From: Mustelus asterias
Lineage: Eukaryota
Assembly: GCF_964213995.1 (NCBI RefSeq)
Contig: NW_027590117.1
Coordinates: 1,240,001 to 1,304,000 of the forward strand
DNA length: 64,000 nt
Reading direction: 5' to 3'
The translations under genes were made by a program, and so were the position numbers. Each line of letters opens with the position of its first letter. Position 1 is the first letter of the stretch. The notes below the pieces were generated by a model. It did no database searches and had not been told where the DNA came from. It saw only the letters and a program-made list of their open reading frames with translations. Below, piece after piece: positions 50,649-63,476 of this stretch.

Positions 50649-52454
50649 TAAACCTGTTGGACTTTAACCTGGTGTTGTGAGATTTCTTGCTGTGTCCTTG
50701 GACTGGCATGGCAGGATAGGTTCAATGGCTTCCTTCTGTGCTGTTATTTTTCTATAATTCTTCCTATGGTTCGATGAGAAAATTCATAACATGAACATGT
50801 TTTTTTAAAGCAGCATCAAGGCACAAAGACAAAACACGGTCTCATGTCAGAGGAAGATTCTTATGCAATGGCATAAGAATGCACACAGAGCATTAAATAA
50901 TCAGAATACATTGAATGAATATTTCAAAATGCTGCTTCGATGATATCACATCATGTTCATTCAAACACATTGCAACAAGCTGGTCACTACTGGGCGTTCT
51001 GTATTCTTGGTTATAACAGTTTGGGAATGGAAGGAGCAGGTTCACATCTGCACATTGACAGGGTCAAACTGTGTCTCAGATTGACAGCTCCCAGGACAGG
51101 CTTTCCTCTCGCTCTGTGCTGTGGATTCTCAGGGATTTGTTGGAGTTTCCCGGCTCAGTAACTGTAAAAGCCTCTGAGGCCGGTGCTGCTCCCCAGATTC
51201 AGGGGGCTGCAGCCAATCAGAGCAGTGCTTCATTTAACCCAGAACTGGTTGAAATGATGATATTGTTCACAAGCTGAATTCTATTTGATCAGATGAAGGT
51301 ACAGATTGTGTGCACTCAGTCACTAAACAACAATATCCTGCCTTCACATAGAGTCGATGAGAGTGGTTGGAGGGAGAGACAGAGACAGAGTGAGTTAGGG
51401 CGGCGAGACACAGACGGCCAGACAATGTCTCAGTGACATAAATCCTTGTAAATTCTGGCTTTAGCCAGAAAGATTCTCTTGGAGAAACAGAAGCTGCAGT
51501 ATCAGTTCTCACTGATATTGTGGAAGAGACACATTATTAATCCCACACTCAGGAACAGTGCTGCCTTTTCACAGAAGAGATGGGGAGAGGCAAAATAAAC
51601 TGAATGGTCCAGTTCGAAACAGTGTGCAGGCTCAGAGGGAGTGAGGTTCAGGGAGATATTTGAAAGTGAGATAGTTTCGGACAGTCGTTCGCAAAGTGGA
51701 TGGGATCCTTGGCTTCACAAATGGAAGCACTGAGTGTCCATTGGATCCCTCATAATCCATTGTGAGAAAGGAGGCCATTTGCCCATTGCATCTGCACTGA
51801 CTCGCTGGAAGAACATCTTTTCCCATGGCTAACCCTCTTAACCTACACATCTTGGGTCATTAAGGGGCAATATATCATGTCTAATCTATTTATTCTGCAC
51901 ATCTTTAGTCTTTGGGAGGAAACTGGAGCACCTGGGGAAAACCCATGCAGATACAGGGAGAATGTGCAAACTCCACACAGTCAGCCATGGAGGAATTGAG
52001 CATGGGTCTCTGGCGCTGTGAAGCAGCAGCGCTAACCAGTGCCACTCTGCTGGTGTAACTTTAACAATCCAATTCCTTTCTGAATGCCTCACTTGAAGCT
52101 GCATCACCACATTGTCAGACAATACAACCCAGAGCTGAACTACTCGCTGTGGGAAAGGGTTTTCTCATTATGCTTCAATCACTAACGAAGGGTCAGTAAA
52201 TTGGTCCACGGGGGTGAAAGGGTTTCATATGATATGACCCTTCATAAACTGGGTCTGTATTCTCTGTGATTCACAAGCATGAGAGGCAAAACATTAAAAC
52301 ATACAAGATTCTGAAGGGGTTTGATTTTGTGGACATTGGGAGATTGTGGAAGCTGGCTCAGTGTAAGGATCAGATCATTTCACACTGACATGAGAATACA
52401 TTTCTGCACTCATTGGGTTGTGATCCTTTGACATGCTCCATTGTTGAATACACT

Positions 52455-52750
52455 AGTGGTGGCACAGTGGTTAGCATTGCTGCCTCAAAGCACCAGGGAA
52501 CCGGGTTCAATTCCACCTTGGCTGATTGCCTGTATAATGTTTGCATGTCCTCCCCATGTTTGCGATTCCTTCCATTCTCCAAATGTTAGGTGGATTGACC
52601 ATGCTAAACTGCCTGTTAGTGTCCCAAATATATTGGTTCGGGGGATTAGCAGAATATGTGGGGTTACCGGGATAGGTTCTGGGTGGGATGCTCTGTCAGA
52701 GAGTCAGTGCAGATTCAATGGACCAAATGGCCTCCATCTACACTGCAGGT
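52455..52750 (+). mobile_element. Diverged HE1-type SINE (another copy on the minus strand at ~51760-52045)
   Basis: Head GTGGCACAGTGGTTAGCATTGCTGCC and B box. Confidence 0.7.
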
Positions 52751-53024
52751 TATGACAGTCTATGACAATTAAGGCTGAGATAGACAAATTTTGGTTTCTC
52801 AGGGAATCAAGGGAGTGAGGAGTAAAGTGCAGTTCAATCCAAGATCTGGAACTCTTTAAGCAGCTGGAATGCCCACATCTGGAGTCTGCATCCACAGTTT
52901 GGAACCCACACTTTCAAAAAGATATACAGCTGATAGAAAGAGTGGAAAGCTGTGTAACCAGGAAAAGGGAAGGCATGAGGGGAATACTTTATGAGGGATT
53001 AGGAATTATTGGATTGCAACCTTT

Positions 53025-53500
53025 GGAGGTGCTTAATGAATACTTTACCTCGGTATTCACGGTGGAAAGGGATCTGGGTGGTTGTACTGCTGGTTTGCGG
53101 TGGACAGAAAGGATCGAGCATGTGGACATAAAGAAAGAGGATGTGTTGGAACTATTGAATGGCATCAAGGTTGGTAAGTCGCCGGGACCGGATGGGATGT
53201 ACCCCAGGTTACTGTGGGAGGCGAGGGAGGAGATTGCGGAGCCTTTGGCGATGATCTTTGCATCGTCGATGGAGACGAGAGAGGTTCCGGAGGATTGGAG
53301 GATTGCAGATGTGGTCCCTATATTCAAGAAAGGGAACAGGGACAGCCCGGGAAATTACCGATCGGTGAGTCTAACCTCAGTGGTTGGTAAGTTGATGGAG
53401 AGGATCCTGAGAGACAGGATTTATGATCATCTAGAGAAGTTTAGTATGATCAAAAGTAGTCAGCACGGCTTTGTCAAGGGCAGGTCGTGCCTTACGAGCC
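53025..53500 (+). mobile_element. CR1 LINE internal ORF2 fragment
   Basis: KSPGPDGMYPRLL...PEDWRIADVVPIFKKG...GNYRSVSLTS...QHGFVKGRSCLT. Confidence 0.9.
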
Positions 53501-53684
53501 ATGGATAGGAAACTGACTGAGTGACAGGAAACACAGCAGTGGGAAATGTTTTTATTTGGAATGGAGGTCGGTTAAAGTGGGATTCCAGGAGGGTTGGTAT
53601 TAGGAATACTGCTCTTCCTGACGCATATTAGAGACATTGGCAATGCTGCAGAAAGCACATATTCAAACTGTGGTAATTACACAA

Positions 53685-54895
53685 TGTGGAGATGCCGGCG
53701 TTGGGGTAATCACAGTAAGAGTTTTAACAACACCAGGTTAAAGTCCAACAGGTTTATTTGGTAGCAAATGCAATTAGCTTTCGGAGCGCTGCTCGTACGT
53801 CAGATGGAGTGGATATCTGCTCTCAAACAGGGCATACAGAGACACAAAATCAAGTTACAGAATACTGATTAGAATGTAAATCTCTCCAGCCAACCAGGTC
53901 TTAAAGATACAGACAATGTGAGTGGAGGGAGCATTAAACACAGGTTAAAGAGATGTGCATTGTCTGCAGACAGGACAGCCAGTGAGACTCTGCAAGTCCA
54001 GGAGGCAAGCTGTGGGGGTCACTGATAGTGTGACATAAATCCAAGATCCCGGTTTAGGCCGTCCTCATGTGTACGGAACTTGGCTATCAGTTTCTGCTCA
54101 GTGACTCTGCGCTGTCGTGTGTCGTGAAGACCGCCTTGGAGAACGCTTACCCGAAGATCAGAAGGTGAATGCCCGTGACCGCTTAAGTGTTCCCCCACAG
54201 GAAGAGAACAGTCTTGCCTGGTGATTGTTGAGCGGTGTTCATTCATCCGTTGTCGTAGCATCTGCATGGTTTCCCCAATGTACCATGCCTCGGGACATCC
54301 TTTCCTGCAATGTATCAGGTAGACAACGCTGGCCGAGTTGCAAGAGTAGGTACCGTGTACTTGGTAGATGGTGTACTCACGTGAGATGATGGCATCCGTG
54401 TCGATAATCCAGGACGTCTTGCAGAGGTTGCTGTGGCAGGGTTGTGTGGTGTCGTGGTCAATGTTCTCCTGAAGGCTGGGTCTGTTTGAGGTTGTGCGGT
54501 TGTTTGAAGGCAAGAAGTGGGGGTGTGGGGGATGGCCTTGGCGAGATGTTCGTCTTGATCAATGACATGTTGAAGGCTCCGGAGGAGATGCCGTAACTTC
54601 TCCGCTCCGGGGAAGTACTGGACGACGGAGGATACTCTGTCCACCGTGTCTCGTGTTTGTCTTCTGAGGAGGTTGGTGAGGTTTTTAACTCCCATATACA
54701 CAGGGTCTGCTCAGATGAGGAGGATCGCAACGGACACCTCCAGACGCTGAAAGATGCCCTCACAAGAACAGGATATGGCGCTCGACTCATCGATCGACAG
54801 TTCCAACGCGCCACAGCGAAAAACCGCACCGACCTCCTCAGAAGACAAACATGGGACACGGTGGACAGAGTATCCTTTGTCGTCTCGTACTTCCC
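53685..54895 (-). mobile_element. Penelope-like retroelement with GIY-YIG endonuclease and inverted 5' segment
   Basis: ORF 54019-54513: SVVYLIHCRKGCPEAWYIGET...RQRMNEH; hammerhead-like terminus at ~53771-53812; plus-strand piece at 54692-54895. Confidence 0.9.
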
Positions 54896-55684
54896 ATCAG
54901 TGGCTGACTTTAATCTTCCTGTGGATTCGGACAATCAAGTTTGCAGAGGTAGCCATGAGGAAGAATTCAGAGTGCATTCGGCACAGTTTCCATGAAGAAT
55001 ATTTTGTGAATCCAAGCAGAAATCAGGCCATTTTGAATATTGTAATGTGTAATGAGACAGCTTTCATAAACAATCAGAGTAAAAGCTCCGCTAGGAAACA
55101 GTGAACTTGACATGGTGGAATTTAGCATTCAGTTTGAGAGTGCAAACGTGGGTCAGAAGCAACTGTGTTCAACGTAAATAAGGGTAATTGCAAAAGAATG
55201 AGAACAGAGATGGCGAGGCTGGACTGCAAAAGATATTCAGCAGAAAAGACGATCGATCAGCAATGACATACATTATGAAAATAGTTCTTGACTCACAAAA
55301 AACACTCAATGTGTTTCTGGAGTCACTTTGTGCAGATTGTGTCATGGTCAAGTTCTGCCTTTCCAGCATCTCTCCAAGAATGTGGGAGTGTGTCTATCAA
55401 GGGCTAAAACAATTGTAATTTCCTTTTTTTAAACTTGATCGGCAAAAGATTCCCACAGCTACTGTAACTAGCTCTCTAAGGAGAGTCACCCTTAGATTCA
55501 TCGTTACTCCCGCTTTTATAGATTTGTGAAACTGCAATATTGTTTGCATATATCAAGATGATCTCTATATAAGAAAATCAGAATATTTACAGAATGTTTT
55601 AATGGCAAGTTGCTTCTCCTTGCTTTATTTACATAAGCAAGTTGCTCTTCTGTGAAGATATAGGTCTACATGGCTTATTCTATC

Positions 55685-55985
55685 TTGGGGACATGGTGGC
55701 ACAGTGGTTAGCACTGCTACACCTCAGCACCAGGGACCCGGGTTCAATTCCAGTCTTGGGTGACTGTGACGACATTTGCATGTTCTCTCCGTGTCTGCAT
55801 GAGTTTCCTCTGGGTGCTCTGATTTCCTCCCACAGTTCAAAGATGTGCCATGCTAAATTGCCCCCTAGTGCCAGGGGGACAAGCAGGGTTAACATATGGG
55901 GTTACGGGGATAGGGCCTGGCTGGGATTGTTGTCGATGCAGGCTCAATGGGCCAAATGGCCTCGTTTAGCACTACAGGGAATCTT
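55685..55985 (+). mobile_element. HE1-type SINE
   Basis: Head, B box and tail. Confidence 0.8.
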
Positions 55986-56903
55986 ATTCTGAATCTTATG
56001 TCTCTTTGCCCTCCACTTCTTCTGCCCCTGCCCTGGAATTTCAATGGCAGGGTGTTGCTGGGCCTCCCACTAAGATAAACTTGATTCAAGAGTACTTATC
56101 TGAAAGGTAACACAGTATTCAATATGTGCATACTGTCTTGGGCCTTTTTTCTCTGAAACGTAGAAAGCTGAGGGGTGATCTTATAGAGGTCTTTAAATAA
56201 TGAGGGGCATAGATCAGCATGATAGTCAATATCTTTTCCCAAAGGTAGGGGAGTCTAAAACTAGAGGGAATAGGTTTCAGGTGAGAGATATAAAAGTGTC
56301 CAGAGGAGCAATTTTTTCACAGAGGGTGGTGAGTGTCTGGAACAAGCTGCCAGAGGTAGTAGTAGGGCAGGTACAATTTTATCTTTTTAAGTGTTTAGAC
56401 AGTTACATGGGTAAGATGGGTATAGAGGAATTGGCCAAATACGGGCAATTGGGACTAGCTTAGGGGTTTTAAAAAAAAAAGGGGGCGCCATGGACAAGTT
56501 GGGCCAAAGGGCCTGTTTCCATGCTTTAAACCTCTATAACAAAGATGTATACCGGTGTCAAACAAGGATTCTGGGGAAGGGAATAAATCAACCATGGTTA
56601 ACCGAGGAAGTTAAAGATTGCATTAAACTGAAAGACGAACATAGGATGTTTCATATATTAGTGGGAAGACAGAGCATTGGGGAAGTTTCAAAAACCAACA
56701 AATGATGACCAAAAAAATACTAACGTGGGAGAAGATGAACTACAAACGTAAATGAACAAGTAACATAAAAAGGATCAGAAAGAGCTTCTTTCAATATATA
56801 AAAATAAAGAGGGAGACTAAAGTGAACATAAGCTCCTGAGACATTGAGACTGGGAAATAAAGGGGAACCAGAAAGTGGCAGAGGAGTGAAATACATAGTC
56901 TGT

Positions 56904-56980
56904 GTCAGGATGGCCAAGTCATCGAAGGTGCTGCGTTCAGGTCACAGTCTCCTCCATGCGTTCAAATTCCAGTCCTTACA
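56904..56980 (+). pseudogene. tRNA-Leu(CAG), degenerate
   Basis: GTCAGGATGGCCAAGTCATCGAAGGTGCTGCGTTCAGGTCACAGTCTCC...TTCAAATTCCAGTCCTTACA; same 3' flank TTGATG as 42610-42678. Confidence 0.75.
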
Positions 56981-58349
56981 TTGATGAAGGGAGGCAGTGG
57001 CGTCATGGGCTAGTGATCCAGAGACTCTGGGAAATGCTTGAGGGACCTGGGTTCAAAACCCAGCAGGACAGATTGTGAAATTTGAATTCAATATGAATCT
57101 GCAATCAACAATCTAATTGTTGCTTGTCATAAACCCTATTTGGTTGACTAATGTCCTTCAGGGAAGGAAATCTGCTGCAGGAGTGTGCTTGAATTATCAA
57201 GCCTCGAGGTAACAAAAATATGGATGAGGGTTTCAGGTACGGGTGAGCTGAGATATTACAAACAATGTGTGATGTTACACAGCTGGAAATAGGTGATCTT
57301 GGTGAAGGAACAGATATGTGGTCAGAATCTCATTTCCGAGTCTAATGAGGTGCCAAGATTATGAGGGTTTGTTTCAACGTCGGACAGTGATCAGTGGGGG
57401 AGATGGAGTCAGTGATTGGGAACGGAATTTGGGGTGGGAACATTGGTTTTCCAAATATTTAATTGGGGGAATTCTCTGCTTAGCCAGTACTAGAGGTCGG
57501 AGAAGGAGTCTAATAATTTAATAACAGGGGATTGGTTGTGAGAGGTGATGGTGGGGTAGAGCTGGGTGTTATCAGCATACATGTGAAAACTAACACTGTG
57601 CTTTCAGATAATGCCACTGAGGAATAAGGTGGAGATGAAAAATTGGAGGGAGCCAAGGATAGATCCTTGGGCGATTTGGGTGGTAACAAAACAGGAGTGG
57701 GAAGAGAAATCATTGCAGGTGATATTCTGCATATGAAGGAAAAGATCGGAACGGGGTAAATGCAGTCTTACCAAGCTAAACTATCCCTCCTTATCCTTCT
57801 CAGCCTGTCCACACCTTTGACATGGTTGACTGCACTATCCTGCTCCAATACCTTCCCACTGTCAGGTCAGTGTGCACAGCAGATGAAGATGGTAATGTAC
57901 CTGACATCCTGGGAAAACTAATGATAAATGAAGGGCTGGGCCTCAGTGAACGAGTATAGAGAAAGCTGGAGTTCTGAATCATCTTCATTTTGAGCGGCAG
58001 CTCCTCCATCTCAATGTGTGTCGTCAGATCAGGCCATTCTGCTCAGTCTGTAAGACAGAGAGAGGCTATAATTAAAACCAAACAATAAGGGAGATCCACT
58101 CAGAGTAAGCAAACCCCACCCCCAAAGCAGAGCACAGGAAGATCCCAGTATCTAACCGTGGCCTCTGCAAAGTGAGCTGCTTTAACCCAGTGTGGCACTG
58201 AGCCCCACACACAGAGCACAGGAAGATTCCAGTTTATGTACTGATTGGTCTGACTCCAGGGGAGTTTGTAACACCGGCATTGCTGAGACTGGGGAACTGT
58301 AGCGACATGTTTACACAGGAAGCTGCCATTGGAAACCCTGAGCTGCGAT

Positions 58350-58995
58350 TTATAGAATCCAACAGCGCAGAAGGAGGCCATTCGGCCCATCGAGTCTGTA
58401 CCAACCACAATCCCACCAAGTCCTATCTCCATAACCTCATGCATTTATCCGAGCTGGTCCCCCTGACACTAAAGGGCAATTTAGCATGGCCAATCCACTA
58501 AACCCGCACATCTTTGGACTTTGGGAGGAAACCGGAGCACCCGGAGGAAACCCACTGGGAGACGTGCAAACTCCACACAGACAGTGATCCAAGCCGTAAT
58601 CGAACTCGGGTCCCTGGCGCTGTGAGGATATTGGGTTCATGTCACACTATTTGTAACCCCCACAGTTGCCTCGACCTGCAGAGTTTCACTGGCTGTCTTG
58701 TCTGGAGACAATACACATCTTTTTAGCCTGTCTTGATGCTCTCTCCACTCACATTGTTTTGTTTCTTAAAGACTTGATTAGTTGTAAGTATTCGCATTCC
58801 AACCATTATTCATGTAAATTGAGTCTGTGTCTTTATAAGCTCTGTTTGTGAACAGAATTCCCACTCACCTGAAGAAGGGGCTTAGAGCTCCGAAAGCTTG
58901 TGTGGCTTTTGCTACCAAATAAACCTGTTGGACTTTAACCTGGTGTTGTTAAACTTCTTGCTGTGAGGCAGCAGTGCGAACCACGGTGCCGCCCC
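58350..58995 (-). mobile_element. HE1-type SINE interrupted by a Penelope 3' fragment (58628-58959, plus)
   Basis: TSD GCTGTGAGG at 58619-58627 and 58960-58968; hammerhead motif CTGAAGA...CGAAAGCTT at 58861-58905. Confidence 0.85.
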
Positions 58996-59500
58996 ATTTA
59001 GAGCCGGGCAGGACGGGATTCCCGCTGCCGAAACCCTCCCGCCATCCCGAGCCCCGCCGCGGGCTCAGGATCCGGGCCCGGGAACTGAAGCCACTGGCGG
59101 GACATTTGCTGCCGCTGCGCGCGGTGTCTGATGGGCCCGGGGTAAATCCCCGCCAACGGCCTGTGACCGGCAGCTGTGAAAACCAATCGGAAATTGACGC
59201 ATCGCGGTCCTCCAATGGACACTCTGCGACCACTGAGTGACAGTTACTTTATCCAATCGGTGAGCTCCATCCGGCTGAACTGTGAGACCACTGAAAATGA
59301 CGCTCCCAATTCTAACCAATCGCAGATCGCGCTGATGGTAACACACGCCCTCAATTTGATTGACATCTTCTTTAGCCAATCGTAACCCACTGCCCAATCG
59401 GAATGCGCCGCTCCTGCGCGACTCGCGGAGCGTCACTCCCAGCCCAGCGTCATTGCGTCATTCAATTCGATCCAGAGCTGAAACCAATGAGAAATCAAAG
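58996..59500. promoter_or_regulatory. CpG-rich island with eight co-oriented CCAAT boxes and TGACGC half-sites
   Basis: CCAAT at 59183, 59212, 59253, 59306, 59316, 59376, 59394, 59484; TGACGC/GCGTCA x5; high CpG density. Confidence 0.65.
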
Positions 59501-60796
59501 AGCTGGAGGAGGAAAGAATCCTTAAAGTGGAACCACACGGAAAATTATAGTAAAATAATTATAATTCGTTGACAGCAGTTAAAGCGGCCGAAGGACTGCG
59601 GAAAATCAGAGGGTGCAAACTGTGAGACCCACGGGAGAGGAAGGAGCAAATAAATGAAAGAAACAGGCGACAAAAATAAACGGGAGGAAAGCAAGCTCGA
59701 AGCAGGGGCATTGAGAGAGGGAATTCCAGAGCTGAAACCCAGAGAGCTGAAATTACGATCATCAGTGGTGGAATGAACCAAATCAGGGATGCTCACGAGG
59801 GCAGAATCAGAGGAGCTCAGATATCTCAGAGGATTGTTATGGTGGACGTGATGAAAGGGAGGAAGAGCTGAGGACAAGGAGAAGAAACACAGATAAGAAT
59901 GTTAAAATTGAGACATTGCTTAACCACGAGTCAGTGTTTGTCACTGAGCACAGGGTTGATGCATTAACAGTATTTGGACTAAAATTCTGATTTAATGATG
60001 AGAAATCAATCAGCAGCTTTCTGGACACAGCAGCACAATAAATCGGATCAGAAGTGGACTACATGGCCTCACAAGCCTGCTGCTCCATTCAATAGGATCA
60101 TGTTTTAGATTCCCAAACCACAGAATCTTTACAATGCAGTAGCAGTCCATTTGGCCCATCAAGTCTACACCGCGTTATTGAAATTGCATGCTATCTAATC
60201 CCACTCTCCCGCCTCATAGCCCCAGAGACCCGGGTTTGGTCCTGACCTTTGCTGACTGTGAAGAGTTTGCACATCTTCCCCCGTGGGTTTCCTCTGGGTG
60301 TTCTGGTTTACTCCCATGGTTCAAAGATGTGCAGGTTAGGTGGATTGGCCATGTTAAATGTACCTTTATTTTCCTAAAATGTGGACATTCGGCACTGAAT
60401 CGTTGCAATTTTGACACTTATTTTGCAAATTTTCCCCTGGTTCTTGATGAACTCTTGACTGGAACAGGAAAACATCTATCATTGAATCCCTACATTGCAA
60501 AAGGTGGTCAGTCGGCCCATTGAGGCTCCACTGATTCTCTGACCTATCCACGCAACCTCACATATTTATCCCGTTAATCCTCCTAATCTCAACATACTGG
60601 GAGACATAAGGGCAAATCTAGCATGGTAAATCCACTTACCCTATCAATGGAGTGTGGGGGAAACCAGAGCACCCGGAGGAAAGCCGCATGGACACAGAGA
60701 AAATGTGGAAAATACATACAGCCACCCAAAGCCTGAATTGAACCCGCGTCCCTGTCATTCTGCAGCAGCAGTGCGAAAGCCACACTTCTTTCTCTT

Positions 60797-61670
60797 CCAT
60801 AAGACCATAAGACATAGGAGCAGAATTAGGCCACTCAGCCCATCGAGTCTGCTCCGCCATTTTACTCATTCCCATTCTCCTGTCTTTTCCCCGTAACCCC
60901 TGATCCCCTTATTAATCAAGAATCTATCTATATCTGTCTTAGAAACACTCAATGACCTGGCCTCCACAGCCTTTTGCAGCAAAGATTTCCACAGATTTGC
61001 CAATCTGTGGCTGAAGAAATTCCTCCTCATCTCTGTTTTAAAGGATCGTCCCTTTAGTCTGAGACTGTGCCCTTTGGTTCTAGTTTTTCCTTGAAGTGAA
61101 AACATCCTCTCTGTGTCCACTCGATCCAGGCCTCGCAATAGCCGATAAGTTTCAATAAGATCACCACTCGTCCTTGTAAACTCCAACGAGTACAGATCCA
61201 GAGTCCTCAACCATTCTTCATACAACAAGCTCCTCATTCCAGGGATCATTCTTGTGAACTTCCTCTGGACCTTTTCCAAGGCCAGCACATCCTTCCTTAG
61301 GTATGGGGCCCAAATTGCTCACATTACTCCAAACGGGGTCTGACCAGAGTCTTTGCCAGCCTCACAAGTGCATCCATGCCCTTGAATTCCAGCCCTCTCA
61401 ACATTGCATTTCCCTTCCGAACTGCCGACTGAACCTGCACGTTTACCTGAAGAGAATCTTGAACAAGGACTCCCAAGTCCCTTTGTGCTTCTGAGTTCCT
61501 AAGCATTTCACAATTTAAAAAATAATCTGTGCCTCCATTCCTCCTTCCAACGTGCATAACCTCACACTTTTCCACATTGTACTCCATCTGCCACTTCTCT
61601 GCCCACTCTCCCAGCCTATCCAAGTCCTTTTGCAGCACACCTGCTTCCTCAATGCTACCTGTCCCTCGAC
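60797..61670 (-). mobile_element. CR1 LINE 3' part
   Basis: LQKDLDRLGEWAEKWQMEYNVEKC; (CTTATGGT) tail; same subfamily as 22180-23420. Confidence 0.88.
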
Positions 61671-63476
61671 AGGTCCTCTCAGACTTCTTTCCCTGAGGAA
61701 AAATATCCAACTTCTCAAATCGATCTTCATAGCTACAAATCTTTATCAATAGAATCATTCGTGTGGATATCCTTTGCACTCTCCCCATTGCCTTCACAAC
61801 CTTCTTCAAGTGTGGTGCCCAGAATTGGACGCAGTGCTCCAGGTGAGGCCTATCTAGTGTATTTAAAAGCTCAACATGATCTTCTTACTCATGTATTCAA
61901 TCCTCCAATAAAACGTAGGATGCCATTTTCTTTATTACCTGCTCTCTCAACATGCTCAACCAACTTCAATGACTTTTGTACTGAGAAACCGAGATCCCTT
62001 TTTTCCTGCATTTTCTTAAGAGTTTCTCTCTTTATTTCTCCACACTCTCAAAATGAATCAACTCACACTTGTCAGCATTGAACTTCAACTAGTTCACTGA
62101 TTGACCCGCACAGGTGCCCGACTGTGGCAATTCGGAGAATTTCACAGTTAATTCATTGCAGTGTTAATGTAAGCCTTACTTGTGATTAATAAACTTTACT
62201 TTAACTTTACTTTCCTTTACTTTTACTTTATCTGCCACTCGTCTGCCCAGAGGGCAGCAATGGAAGCGTTCACTCAGCATCTACACATTGTTCTGAGCTC
62301 TCGGGTCTCTCGCCTAATTCACTCGGCCTCTCAACATAGAACAACCTCCTCATTCCGGGGGGCAATCTCGTGAACCTTCTCTGTACCGCCTCCAATGCAA
62401 GCTTATCTTTTCTCAAATGTGGATACCATAGCTGTACACAACATTGCAGATGTGGTCTCCATAAAATCCTGTACAATTGTACCAAGTCTTCAATTACTCC
62501 AATCCACTTGCAATAAAAACAAACATGCCATTTGTAATTGCTTTAATGAATAATCTGGATTGTGCTCCGAATTCTCTGCAACATTTAAAATCCGTCACAT
62601 TTCAACGTCTCTTCAGCTCTGAAGAATTATCATACAGACTCGAAGCATTAACTCTGTTTCTCTCTCCACAGATGCTGCCAGATCTGCTAAGGTTTCTAGC
62701 ATTTTCTGTTGTTATTTCAAATTTCGTCTCTCTGCCATCCTCATCTTTTAGACATATATTTGTTTATTTTTAACTTTCCCGTCAGAATTCGGCCACCAAC
62801 TCTCCTGTCAATTAAACATTGCTGCACTTCTCCTTGTTTAGAAACGACAAGAGAACAGCTCACACTCGATTCAGTGATGAGTGATGAATGCGAAATTATG
62901 TGAGGAGTTGTGACAGAAAATGAACATCTCCGCCTTTTCCCTGCAACCCTGCACATTCTTCCTTTTCAGATAACAGTCTAATTAATTTAGAACGTTTCAA
63001 TTGAATCTATATCCACCACACTCTCCAGCAATGCATTCAACACTTTACACAATCCCTGTGTGAAAAACGTTTTCCTCGCGTTCCTATTCCTTCCTTTGCT
63101 AATGATGCTAAACCTGTTCTCTCTCATTCTTCATCATTCCAGAGTGGGAACAGTTTGTCCCTATACACTCTGTCCAGATGCCTCATAACAGTTGGTATTT
63201 TATTTTGAACCAAGTGGCATTTTGAATCACTGCTGTTTCGGATAGTAAGAATTGAATATCCAACCCGCAGTCTGCATTGCACCTTTTGCTTGTACAGTGA
63301 TCACTAAACGTTTAGCACTCCCACTTTCTTATGTACCTTCACCCTACAACGTCTCCCTGCCCCGTCTCACAAGGCAGTCAACGTCGCACCTTTACTTTGT
63401 CTTTTACCCATGGGAGGCTTATCGTGACCAGTCCCCATGTGTTTCACTTTGCTCAGTTATATTGCCCAGATTGCAT

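Noticed and set aside
51190-51450. CCAAT plus AT-rich motif resembling a histone promoter
   Set aside because: Single CCAAT, no downstream histone remnant and no clear homology to the other modules
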